DNA of 64,000 nucleotides from a virus. The DNA is taken from positions 83,159-147,158 of IMG/VR virus record IMGVR_UViG_3300030616_000017; one strand, 5' to 3'. Within the stretch, counting starts at the first letter, position 1; every line of letters begins with the position of its first letter. Shown here one piece after another: positions 9,091-16,545 of this stretch. Both the position numbers and the translations under genes were made by a program. The notes beneath the pieces are model-generated. The model was not told where the DNA came from. It made no database searches and saw only the letters and a program-made list of their open reading frames with translations.

Positions 9091-9094
9091 CTAA

Positions 9095-9166
9095 GGTTTA
9101 TTCGTATATTGGTTAGTACGCTGGATTGTCGATCCAGAAGGCGGGGTTCGATTCCCCGATAGACCG
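9095..9166 (+). tRNA. tRNA-Asp(GTC)
   Basis: Cloverleaf, loop TT-GTC-GA, G73. Confidence 0.92.
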
Positions 9167-9210
9167 TTTTTGTAAGAAATCTATATAGTTTTTTCTTACA
9201 AAATCTCTTT

Positions 9211-9284
9211 GCTCCCTTCGTCTAATCGGTTAGGATATCGCCCTTTCAAGGCGAAGATATCGGGTTCAAGTCCCGTAGGGAGTA
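9211..9284 (+). tRNA. tRNA-Glu(TTC)
   Basis: Cloverleaf, loop CT-TTC-AA. Confidence 0.93.
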
Positions 9285-9330
9285 AAACATTTTACTTTAC
9301 TTTTTGGTAGAAAATGATTATATTATATAT

Positions 9331-9565
9331 GTAGGCAGAGGGAGTTCCTCTAAAAAACACGGTGAAAGTTTGAATACTCTCCGCCTACTTTATTGAAATT
9401 AATATGGCATAGAGGGTTCCTATACTATCAACTTTAAATTGAATTCTACCCTCCGCCATTTTAATATGAGTAATTAAGGGCATAAGAAGTTCCTAATGTA
9501 AAGAATTTACAGGGCAACTCCTACGGGAGCAGGGCCCTGTGCCAACAAACTTACTTCTCGCCCTT
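9331..9565 (+). ncRNA. three tandem Y-RNA-like bulged stem-loops (9331-9388, 9404-9459, 9476-9565)
   Basis: Each unit: ..GGC-A(T/G)A-6bp helix ending GT-TCCT-variable loop-T-AC..-bulged C-GCC..; helix sequences covary; own promoter 9296-9324. Confidence 0.7.
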
Positions 9566-9592
9566 TTATTAACCTACCAAAAGGAGAATCAA

Positions 9593-11536
9593 ATGATTTC
9601 CACTCTACGTCTTTTTAATGGTATTATTATTCCCAACAAAGAAGTTCCTGAAGATACTAATTCAGTAATATGGCCTCATGAAAAGTCTTACGAACAGCTT
9701 ACTAAAGAAACTCTCAAGAAAGGATACATTGTTGATAAGGCTATCTATTTTAATCTTACTCCTGAAGGCTTAAAAGACTTTAACAAGGCTATGAAAGAAA
9801 AGCTTACTTTTCATCGAGATTGGAATAATAGCTTTTATAAGTCTTGGAATAAACTGGAAACTCTTTCAGATTTTGAATTGCGTTTAGACCAGCTTTTTCA
9901 TTACTTTACTACGTATGGAGCCGAAGCTCTTGGAATAAAAGATTCTTTTGTTTACCTCCCTAAAGGCAATACTTTTATGCCCCCTGTAAGTGAAGATTTT
10001 TCTTTTCTTTATATTCGTGGATTTGAAAGAGAAGAAATTCAGGAAAAGATTGTAGCTATGGTTGGTTCTGGAATTGCTCTAAAAGAAGAAACCATTGAAG
10101 ATCTTCTTACTATTGTTATGGAATTTTCAAAGAAGCACATTTTCGACATCTTCTCTGTTTGCAAGAACAAGGAAGTGAAGGTTCGATTAGCAGAGTTATA
10201 TGATTTTATTCCTAAAAATGTAGGAGAATTTCTTAGATACGTTATTTACAAGAATACAGGGAAGTCTCTTGTTATTAAGAATAAAGCTACAATTGACGCT
10301 ATAAAGATAGGGAGAGATAGAAAAACTCCTTCTTATTTCTATGCGTATAGAGATGCTTATGGGCTTGAAAGTCTTGCTAAAAACTTTTATCGGTATAAGC
10401 CTCTTCTTCTTGCTTTTCGGTCTGCATTCCCTGAACTAAAGCCACTGATTAATCAAGTAAGAAAACTTGCTGTAAAGTTCCATGAACCTATGAAAGAAGA
10501 TTTTCTTAATACTGTTACCAAAAAAATCAAACAGAATGCTGTTCTTAATCTCACCACTTTAGAACAAGAACTCTTTAAGGCAAACACCTTTAGAAAAGTA
10601 CGGTTGCTATATGCTCTTCAGAATCTGGAAAGCCAAACTGAAGATAAAATCTATAATATTCGGAACGGTAAACAGTATGTAACGAAAGCAAGTATGCCTC
10701 GATTTAAAAAAGAGGATGTTGCTTTTTTAGCTGATAAGGTCTATTCTCATATTGTTGAAGATATTAAACCAAATGTAGAAGGTAAGACAGTTTTGGTTCA
10801 TCCAAGACTTGCATATGCTCTTCCTTCTTCAGAAAAGAATTTTATAGGAAACTACCCTGTCAAGAGTAAGGTAGAATTCAACAGTACAAGAGACCTGATT
10901 ATTGGTGTTCACTGGAAAAATCAAAAAAATAGAGTAGATCTAGATCTTTCTCTTCTTAGTCTTGATGGAACCAAGTTTGGATGGAATGGTCGTTATAGGG
11001 ATGAAGGAATTCTTTTTTCAGGCGATGTGACTGATGCTCCTGGAGCAGGAGCTTCTGAGTTTTATTATTTCAAAGGTGTTAAAGACGGGATGTATTCAGT
11101 AGTTTTGAATTATTACAATTCTTATGGGGTAGAAGAAGAATGCCCTTTTGATATAATTATTGGGGCTTTTGATGGACAAGATATTAATAGGAATTTTATG
11201 TTACGCCCTGAAAATATTGTTTTTCAAGCCTCCTCATCTATCGGCCCTGAACAGATTAATCTGGGAATGGTGGTTATAGAGGGAGACAAAAAAGTATTTA
11301 GTATGATAGAGGGAAAGAGAGCTCGTGCTTCAGTGTCTGCTAACGATGAACTCAATGCTGTATATTTGAATGCACTTAAATCTGAAACTGAAAATATTAT
11401 ATTTCTAACAGATGTGCTTACTGATGCTGGAGCTGTAGTAGTAGAAGATCGAGAAGATTCAGTTATTGATTTTGATCTTACTCCTACCTATATTCAGAAA
11501 GATACCATTATGTCAATGTTTACAAAGGAGAGGTAA
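9593..11536 (+). CDS. helical (Ro/TROVE-like) + C-terminal TerD-like domain protein
   Basis: SD AAGGAG before ATG 9593; C-terminal VDLDLS..GWNGRY..FSGDVTDAP.GASEF; long helical N-terminal region. Confidence 0.6.
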   Translation: MISTLRLFNGIIIPNKEVPEDTNSVIWPHEKSYEQLTKETLKKGYIVDKAIYFNLTPEGLKDFNKAMKEKLTFHRDWNNSFYKSWNKLETLSDFELRLDQLFHYFTTYGAEALGIKDSFVYLPKGNTFMPPVSEDFSFLYIRGFEREEIQEKIVAMVGSGIALKEETIEDLLTIVMEFSKKHIFDIFSVCKNKEVKVRLAELYDFIPKNVGEFLRYVIYKNTGKSLVIKNKATIDAIKIGRDRKTPSYFYAYRDAYGLESLAKNFYRYKPLLLAFRSAFPELKPLINQVRKLAVKFHEPMKEDFLNTVTKKIKQNAVLNLTTLEQELFKANTFRKVRLLYALQNLESQTEDKIYNIRNGKQYVTKASMPRFKKEDVAFLADKVYSHIVEDIKPNVEGKTVLVHPRLAYALPSSEKNFIGNYPVKSKVEFNSTRDLIIGVHWKNQKNRVDLDLSLLSLDGTKFGWNGRYRDEGILFSGDVTDAPGAGASEFYYFKGVKDGMYSVVLNYYNSYGVEEECPFDIIIGAFDGQDINRNFMLRPENIVFQASSSIGPEQINLGMVVIEGDKKVFSMIEGKRARASVSANDELNAVYLNALKSETENIIFLTDVLTDAGAVVVEDREDSVIDFDLTPTYIQKDTIMSMFTKER

Positions 11537-11537
11537 A

Positions 11538-12650
11538 ATGAGAGACCTTGCTTATATTGCTAAAATTGAAAAGCTTGAACCCATTAAAGATAAGGATAGA
11601 ATTGAACTCGCCACAGTAGCTAATTGGGAAGTAATTGTAGGAAAAGGAGAATATAAGGTTGGAGACCTTGTGGTGTATGTTGAGTATGATACTGTTCTTC
11701 CTGTCAAGCCCGAATTCGAGTTTCTAAGAAAAAGATGTTATTCAAAACTTTATGACGGGTTTAGAATTCGTAATATGTCAATGGCTGGTGTATTTTCTCA
11801 AGGAATTGTGTTTCCTCTCTCTATTCTCCCAAAGAGTGTTAAGATTGAGGAGGGAAGAAATGTTGCTAAAGAACTAGAAATTGTTCGATATGATCCAGAA
11901 GAGATACGAGAAAATAGAATGATTCATAATTCCAAGCCTAAAAATCCTCTTATGAGATTTAAGTGGTTTAGAAAACTTCGGAATAAATATTTTGGTAAAA
12001 CTTCCTCTTATCCTTCTACAGTAAAGAAATCTGATGAAACAAATATTCAGAAGCTTTTCAACGCGTACAAAGAAAATTATAATGATGTGAAGTTTTATGC
12101 TACGGAAAAAGTAGAAGGACAAGCAGCAACCTATGTGCTTAAACGAGGTCGCTTTCACGTTTACTCCCACAATAAGAGTGTGCGGAACGATGGAAAAAAC
12201 AATTGGTCAGCAACTGCTAAACTGTATGACATTGAAAAGAAGCTGCGTCAGTATAAAAGAAAACACGGAGTAGAGCTTGCAATCCAAGGAGAAATTGCGG
12301 GGCCGGGAATTCAAAAGAATATCTATGGGTTTGATACATTTAGATTTTTCGTATATAAAATCACTAATGTGAAAACAGGTGAAGCGTACAACTTCGTGGA
12401 TTTAGTTAATCTTATTGTAAAGTTAGATCTATTTCTTTGTCCTCTTGTTTATACATCTATATATCTTAATGCGTTTGAAACCGTACAGGAAATTCTTGAG
12501 CATAGTAATGGAGATAGTGTATTAAGAAAGGATAAGAAGATTCCAAGAGAAGGGCTTGTATGGAGAGCTGTAGAAGATCAAAATATAGGGTTTAAAGCTA
12601 AGAGTCCGGTATACCTTGCAGCTTGGGATAAAAAAGATAAAACTGAATAA
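11538..12650 (+). CDS. ATP-dependent RNA ligase, DRB0094-like, N-terminal OB domain
   Basis: DRIELATV...GVFSQGIV; motif I EKVEG, QGEIAGPGIQKN, EGLV, FKAKS. Confidence 0.85.
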   Translation: MRDLAYIAKIEKLEPIKDKDRIELATVANWEVIVGKGEYKVGDLVVYVEYDTVLPVKPEFEFLRKRCYSKLYDGFRIRNMSMAGVFSQGIVFPLSILPKSVKIEEGRNVAKELEIVRYDPEEIRENRMIHNSKPKNPLMRFKWFRKLRNKYFGKTSSYPSTVKKSDETNIQKLFNAYKENYNDVKFYATEKVEGQAATYVLKRGRFHVYSHNKSVRNDGKNNWSATAKLYDIEKKLRQYKRKHGVELAIQGEIAGPGIQKNIYGFDTFRFFVYKITNVKTGEAYNFVDLVNLIVKLDLFLCPLVYTSIYLNAFETVQEILEHSNGDSVLRKDKKIPREGLVWRAVEDQNIGFKAKSPVYLAAWDKKDKTE

Positions 12651-12716
12651 AATTACTTGATTTTTTTCAAATTAGCTGTTATATTATAATCTGTAACCAA
12701 AATGAAGGAGTTTAAA

Positions 12717-13223
12717 ATGAAAAAACTACTGCTTGTAATTATGTTGTTTCTTTTTACCACGTCTTTTACTTTTGCAGGTAAAGCTATCAATACTGAGTTA
12801 ACTAAGTTTACTTATGAGACTTGTCAGGCACATAATGTCCCTTTTGATATTGTTATTGCAATAGGGATAGTAGAAAGCGATTGGAGAAATCTTAAATCAT
12901 ATAGATCCAATTCTAATGGTTCTTATGATGTGGGAATCTTTCAATTGAATAGCCGTTATACTGATTATTATGAAAGAACATTTTGGTATAAAGAGGAGGA
13001 TTTTAATCCTTGGAATGAATATCATAATGTAGAAATGGCTGTTATGTATTTGGAACATCTTTACAGTTATACGAAAAATTGGGAGGATGCTGTTAAAGCG
13101 TATAATACTGGTCTTCATGGTTTGAAAAAGTATCCTGAAACCGCTATGGCGTATTTAGCTAAAGTAGCTAATGCATTAAATCGAATTCAGGTGTTTACAG
13201 AGGATTATATTTATTATGATTGA
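12717..13223 (+). CDS. secreted lytic transglycosylase (SLT)
   Basis: Signal peptide; VES, GIFQLN, AYNTG motifs. Confidence 0.85.
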   Translation: MKKLLLVIMLFLFTTSFTFAGKAINTELTKFTYETCQAHNVPFDIVIAIGIVESDWRNLKSYRSNSNGSYDVGIFQLNSRYTDYYERTFWYKEEDFNPWNEYHNVEMAVMYLEHLYSYTKNWEDAVKAYNTGLHGLKKYPETAMAYLAKVANALNRIQVFTEDYIYYD

Positions 13224-13277
13224 ATCCATTATTAAAAAGAAATAGATTGAAGTAACTGTTAAAGAAGGAGAAGAATA

Positions 13278-13475
13278 ATGAAAAGAGTTTGGTATAAACC
13301 TGAAGATAAACTTCCAGAGGATGGGGTTACAGTTATAGCAGAATTATGCTGTGGGTTTGAACCAGATGAGCTTTTTGAACTTTATTATGACTCCAAAAAA
13401 GATGCTTGGTTTGATCCGGAAGACGGTCAAGAAGTTGTGAATAAAGTACTAAAATGGAGCCACACTTCTTACTAA
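13278..13475 (+). CDS. DUF551-like small phage protein
   Basis: W..PEDKLPEDG.TV...V.KW pattern. Confidence 0.55.
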   Translation: MKRVWYKPEDKLPEDGVTVIAELCCGFEPDELFELYYDSKKDAWFDPEDGQEVVNKVLKWSHTSY

Positions 13476-13498
13476 TATAAATACACGAGAGGTTATTT

Positions 13499-13669
13499 AT
13501 GGGAAAAAGTATTAGCAAAAACGCTCGCCGTAGTGGAGAAGATATATTAATTTCACGCTGGGGAGGAGAGATAAAGATGAAAACCATCTTTGAAAACGGC
13601 AAGATGAGACATGTTGCTGTATGTCAAAAAACAGGTAATGCAGCAAGAAAGCCAAAGGATTTGATGTAA
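13499..13669 (+). CDS. small basic protein (56 aa), possible spirochaete ribosomal protein bL38 homologue
   Basis: GAGG SD, preceded by ACTAATATA; MGKSISKNARRSGEDILISRWGGEIKMKTIFENGKMRHVAVCQKTGNAARKPKDLM; family call from memory. Confidence 0.55.
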   Translation: MGKSISKNARRSGEDILISRWGGEIKMKTIFENGKMRHVAVCQKTGNAARKPKDLM

Positions 13670-13677
13670 TAGGTTTT

Positions 13678-13750
13678 TGAGGTATAGCTCAGTTGGCAGA
13701 GCGCTTGACTGTTAATCAAGATGTCGCAGGTTCAAGTCCTGCTACCTCAG
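13678..13750 (+). tRNA. tRNA-Asn(GTT)
   Basis: Cloverleaf, loop CT-GTT-AA. Confidence 0.95.
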
Positions 13751-13768
13751 ATATTTTAACAGAAAATT

Positions 13769-13859
13769 GGAAGGGTGACCGAGTCTGGCTTATGGTGATG
13801 CCCTGCTAAGGCATTGGGGGAAATAATTTCTTCTGAAGGTTCAAATCCTTCTCCTTCCG
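13769..13859 (+). tRNA. tRNA-Ser(GCT)
   Basis: Loop CT-GCT-AA, long variable arm, G73. Confidence 0.93.
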
Positions 13860-13866
13860 TTTTTAC

Positions 13867-13938
13867 GCCTCTCTAGCTCAACGGTAGAGCAACGCTCTTG
13901 TAAAGCGTAGGTTATCTGTTCGAATCAGATGAGGGGCT
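13867..13938 (+). tRNA. tRNA-Thr(TGT)
   Basis: Cloverleaf, loop CT-TGT-AA. Confidence 0.94.
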
Positions 13939-13940
13939 AT

Positions 13941-14014
13941 GTGGCTGTAGCTCAGTAGGCTAGAGCGTCTGTCTGTGGAACAGAAGGCCGAGGGTTCAAT
14001 TCTCTCCAGCCACC
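13941..14014 (+). tRNA. tRNA-His(GTG), G-1 not encoded
   Basis: Loop CT-GTG-GA, C73; position -1 is T. Confidence 0.92.
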
Positions 14015-14019
14015 TTTAT

Positions 14020-14092
14020 AGGTCTGTAATTCAATTGGCAGAATACTGGTCTCCAAATCCAAAAGTTGAGGGTTCGATTCCTTCCGGGCCTG
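14020..14092 (+). tRNA. tRNA-Trp(CCA)
   Basis: Loop CT-CCA-AA; anticodon stem has two mismatches. Confidence 0.85.
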
Positions 14093-14100
14093 TATATTAT

Positions 14101-14181
14101 AGAGTCTAGCGCTAAGGTAGCAAACTGGACTTGAAATCCAGGCCATGTGTATGCATGAGGGTTCGATTCCTTTAGGCTCTG
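14101..14181 (+). tRNA. tRNA-Ser(TGA), atypical D arm
   Basis: AGAGTCT/AGGCTCT acceptor, loop CT-TGA-AA, variable arm, G73. Confidence 0.8.
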
Positions 14182-14202
14182 TATAGTAAAAGGAGTAAAA
14201 GA

Positions 14203-14249
14203 ATGAAAAGGAGAGCTGTTTTCTAACTACTTAAATAAAGGAGTTAGAA
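14203..14249 (+). promoter_or_regulatory. 7-codon leader ORF (MKRRAVF*) + SD-sequestering hairpin
   Basis: AAGGAG SD, ATG 14203, TAA 14224-14226 inside TTCTAACT, which pairs with AGTTAGAA 14242-14249 overlapping the next SD. Confidence 0.5.
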
Positions 14250-14252
14250 GCA

Positions 14253-14573
14253 ATGAGTAAAACGTATCGTAAGGTTATTAGTTTTAACGACGGCCAAACA
14301 TCAGGAACTAAATGGGCTCAAAGACAAGCTAATAAGAAAGTTAGAAGAACTAAAGACGTTCCAAATGGTAGAGCTTATAAAAAGCTTTATGATAGTTGGA
14401 ATATTAGAGACTTCAAAAGCAATTTCTACACAGAAAGAGAAGCAAGAGAGTATATAGAAGATTCTTGGTTTAGTACTTGGAAGGGGGATTTCCACAAAGT
14501 ATGGAAGTATAAAGGCTTTCAAAAGAAAAAGCTTTTTTCCAGAACTTCTATACGTAAGCTTGAAAACGAATGA
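14253..14573 (+). CDS. basic hypothetical protein
   Basis: MSKTYRK..QRQANKKVRR..YKKLYDSWNIRD; SD present. Confidence 0.7.
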   Translation: MSKTYRKVISFNDGQTSGTKWAQRQANKKVRRTKDVPNGRAYKKLYDSWNIRDFKSNFYTEREAREYIEDSWFSTWKGDFHKVWKYKGFQKKKLFSRTSIRKLENE

Positions 14574-14594
14574 GTTTTTGATTATATTATAATT

Positions 14595-14739
14595 GTAAGT
14601 TCAGTCAACCAACAGGGGGTCATGTCCTTGTAGAAGGTGTTACTGAAATATACGTGACGACGAAAGTAGATGCTGCAGAATCAAAATCTTTGGCGGTATT
14701 TTGGTAGAGGAGGACTTTTAATCCTCCTCCTGAACTTAC
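14595..14739 (+). ncRNA. orphan structured RNA (~145 nt)
   Basis: Perfect 10-bp terminal stem GTAAGTTCAG/CTGAACTTAC starting 7 nt after a -10 box; several internal hairpins; T run after. Confidence 0.55.
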
Positions 14740-14749
14740 TTTTTATTAT

Positions 14750-14823
14750 GGGGTTGCATGTACCAAGGCTGGCGATTTTCCTTTGCAAGGAAGATGAGCT
14801 CGGTTCAATTCCGAGGGGCTCCA
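14750..14823 (+). tRNA. tRNA-Ala(TGC), atypical D arm
   Basis: G3.U70, A73, loop TT-TGC-AA, T arm CTCGG-TTCAATT-CCGAG. Confidence 0.8.
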
Positions 14824-14829
14824 CTTTTT

Positions 14830-14904
14830 CCCTCCATACCCAAGTTGGTTTAAGGGAACGGATTGCAAACCCGTTATTCGCAAGTTCGAATCTTGCTGGG
14901 GGGT
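14830..14904 (+). tRNA. tRNA-Cys(GCA)
   Basis: Loop TT-GCA-AA, U73. Confidence 0.88.
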
Positions 14905-14923
14905 TTAGAAAAAGGAGAAATAA

Positions 14924-15637
14924 ATGAGTGTATTTGTATGTGGTGATACGCATCATGATTATGACATAGAGAAATTAAGTATAGAAAGATGGCCCGAACA
15001 AGAACAACTTACACTTGATGACTTTCTTATTCAGCTTGGCGATTTTGGTGTGCCTTGGAGCAATGATAGAGAAAACCCCTCTGATTTGAGAATGTTTCAA
15101 TGGTGGGCAAGTAGACCTTGGACTACTTTAGTTATCCCAGGAAACCATGAGAATTATGATCGTCTTGCTTTATATCCGGAAATAGAGATGTTTGGAGGCC
15201 CAGTGCAAAGAATGGCCAATAATGTTTATATTCTTCAAAGAGGGTATGTATATGAAGTAGATGGTAAAAAAATATTTGCAATGAGCGGAGGGTTTTCAAT
15301 CGATAAGGATTGGAGAACAGAGTTTGTTAGTTGGTGGAGTCAAGAAATGCCAACATATCAGGAAATTCTTGATGCAAGAAAAAGATTAGAAGAAGCAGGT
15401 TGTGATGTTGATTATGTTCTTACTCACACCTGCTCTAATATTACATTTGAAAAACTTTTTCTTCAGATTGATCTTATGCCTGAAAAAAATAAAAGAAATC
15501 CTCTAAGGCATTTTCTCGATTGGGTAGAAGAAAATGTAAAGTTTAAGGAATGGCATTTTGGTCATTTCCATGACGATGTACAGGTAGATGAAAAGCATTT
15601 TCTTCATTACAATAAACCGCCTGTACGGTTAATATAA
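14924..15637 (+). CDS. calcineurin-like metallophosphoesterase
   Basis: GDTH, GDFG, GNHE, THT, GHFH. Confidence 0.9.
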   Translation: MSVFVCGDTHHDYDIEKLSIERWPEQEQLTLDDFLIQLGDFGVPWSNDRENPSDLRMFQWWASRPWTTLVIPGNHENYDRLALYPEIEMFGGPVQRMANNVYILQRGYVYEVDGKKIFAMSGGFSIDKDWRTEFVSWWSQEMPTYQEILDARKRLEEAGCDVDYVLTHTCSNITFEKLFLQIDLMPEKNKRNPLRHFLDWVEENVKFKEWHFGHFHDDVQVDEKHFLHYNKPPVRLI

Positions 15638-15646
15638 AAAGTATAT

Positions 15647-15720
15647 GCCCCGGTAGACCAATTGGAAGAGTTAGCAGATTTAGAATCTGTACAGTGTGAG
15701 TTCAAATCTCACTCGGGGCA
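15647..15720 (+). tRNA. tRNA-Leu(TAG) with short variable loop
   Basis: Loop TT-TAG-AA, 5-nt variable region, A73. Confidence 0.88.
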
Positions 15721-15752
15721 ATATCTGAAAAATAAAGGAGAAAAAAAAATAA

Positions 15753-16352
15753 ATGATTGATCCTCCAAAAAAGGAATATCGAGGAAAACTACCCGATGGA
15801 CAAGTTAAGACTTATTTAGCGTGCTTGCGGCACATAGAAAGTGGAGTATGGTTTTCGAAAATAGGGACGACAAGCGACCAAGATGCAGAAGATCGTTTAA
15901 CGTATTGGGGTCTATACCCTGATAGAAAAGGGTACTTAGAATTTACAGATATAAAAATTATCTGGTCTATAAAATTCACAAAAAGATATTGGGCAGAAGC
16001 TCTGGAGCAACTCTATTTAGGCCTCTCCCCAAAAATTAATATTGCAGCCATAGCTAACGAAGTCGGTAAGTGTAATATAGAACATGATAGATATGGACCT
16101 GGATATCTTAATGGATATAGCGAGTTTAGGTATCTTAGTGAAGAAGAGCTAAAGGATGCACGAGATACAGGGTATGCGATAAAACAACGTATGTTTGGAA
16201 TAAAGGAAGTAGGAGATCAAGAGAGGGAGAAAGTAGTCAGTGGTGAGGAAGCGCAAAGAATAATGAAAGTATTACAAGACTATGATGTTCATTCGATTGA
16301 AGCTTTACACAGCCGTATTAATACGCATTATCCTCGCCGTTGGTATCACTAA
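15753..16352 (+). CDS. possible GIY-YIG/T5orf172-like endonuclease
   Basis: TYL...KIGTT...EDRL...EALEQ...GYSEF pattern; sits between tRNA genes. Confidence 0.45.
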   Translation: MIDPPKKEYRGKLPDGQVKTYLACLRHIESGVWFSKIGTTSDQDAEDRLTYWGLYPDRKGYLEFTDIKIIWSIKFTKRYWAEALEQLYLGLSPKINIAAIANEVGKCNIEHDRYGPGYLNGYSEFRYLSEEELKDARDTGYAIKQRMFGIKEVGDQEREKVVSGEEAQRIMKVLQDYDVHSIEALHSRINTHYPRRWYH

Positions 16353-16359
16353 TATAAAT

Positions 16360-16444
16360 AGCGGGGTAGAGTAGAGGTCAAACTCGGTGGTCTCATAAGC
16401 CACTGCACGAAAGTGCTCGTTGGGTTCAATTCCCACCCCCGTTA
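16360..16444 (+). tRNA. tRNA(CAT), initiator-like with long variable arm
   Basis: AGCGGGG/CCCCGTT, loop CT-CAT-AA, extra arm GCAC-GAAA-GTGC. Confidence 0.85.
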
Positions 16445-16461
16445 TACCTTTTTATATCAAT

Positions 16462-16536
16462 GCGCCTGTGGTGTTTAACGGATTAGCATGACAGCCTTCC
16501 AAGCTGACGGTACGGGTTCGAATCCCGTCAGGCGCT
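16462..16536 (+). tRNA. tRNA-Gly(TCC)
   Basis: Cloverleaf, loop CT-TCC-AA, U73. Confidence 0.94.
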
Positions 16537-16545
16537 CTTATAATA

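Noticed and set aside
9167-9203. Hairpin TTTTGTAAGAAA..TTTCTTACAAAA between tRNA-Asp and tRNA-Glu
   Set aside because: AT-rich spacer hairpin, probably a processing or termination element; no evidence for a separate RNA.
9331-9565. CRISPR mini-array
   Set aside because: Units conserve structure, not sequence; conserved halves flank variable loops; no cas genes. No CRISPR array was seen anywhere in the window.
9539-9592. GTG start for the Ro-like/TerD gene
   Set aside because: It overlaps RNA unit 3; ATG 9593 has the SD.
13952-14956. ORF-track calls 13952-14146(-), 14670-14927(+), 14681-14956(-)
   Set aside because: They overlap tRNA and ncRNA genes; shadow ORFs.
8834-15720. Suppressor tRNAs or stop-codon recoding suggested by TAA, TAG and TGA anticodons
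   Set aside because: These anticodons read Leu and Ser codons; conserved genes are full length in the standard code and end in all three stops.
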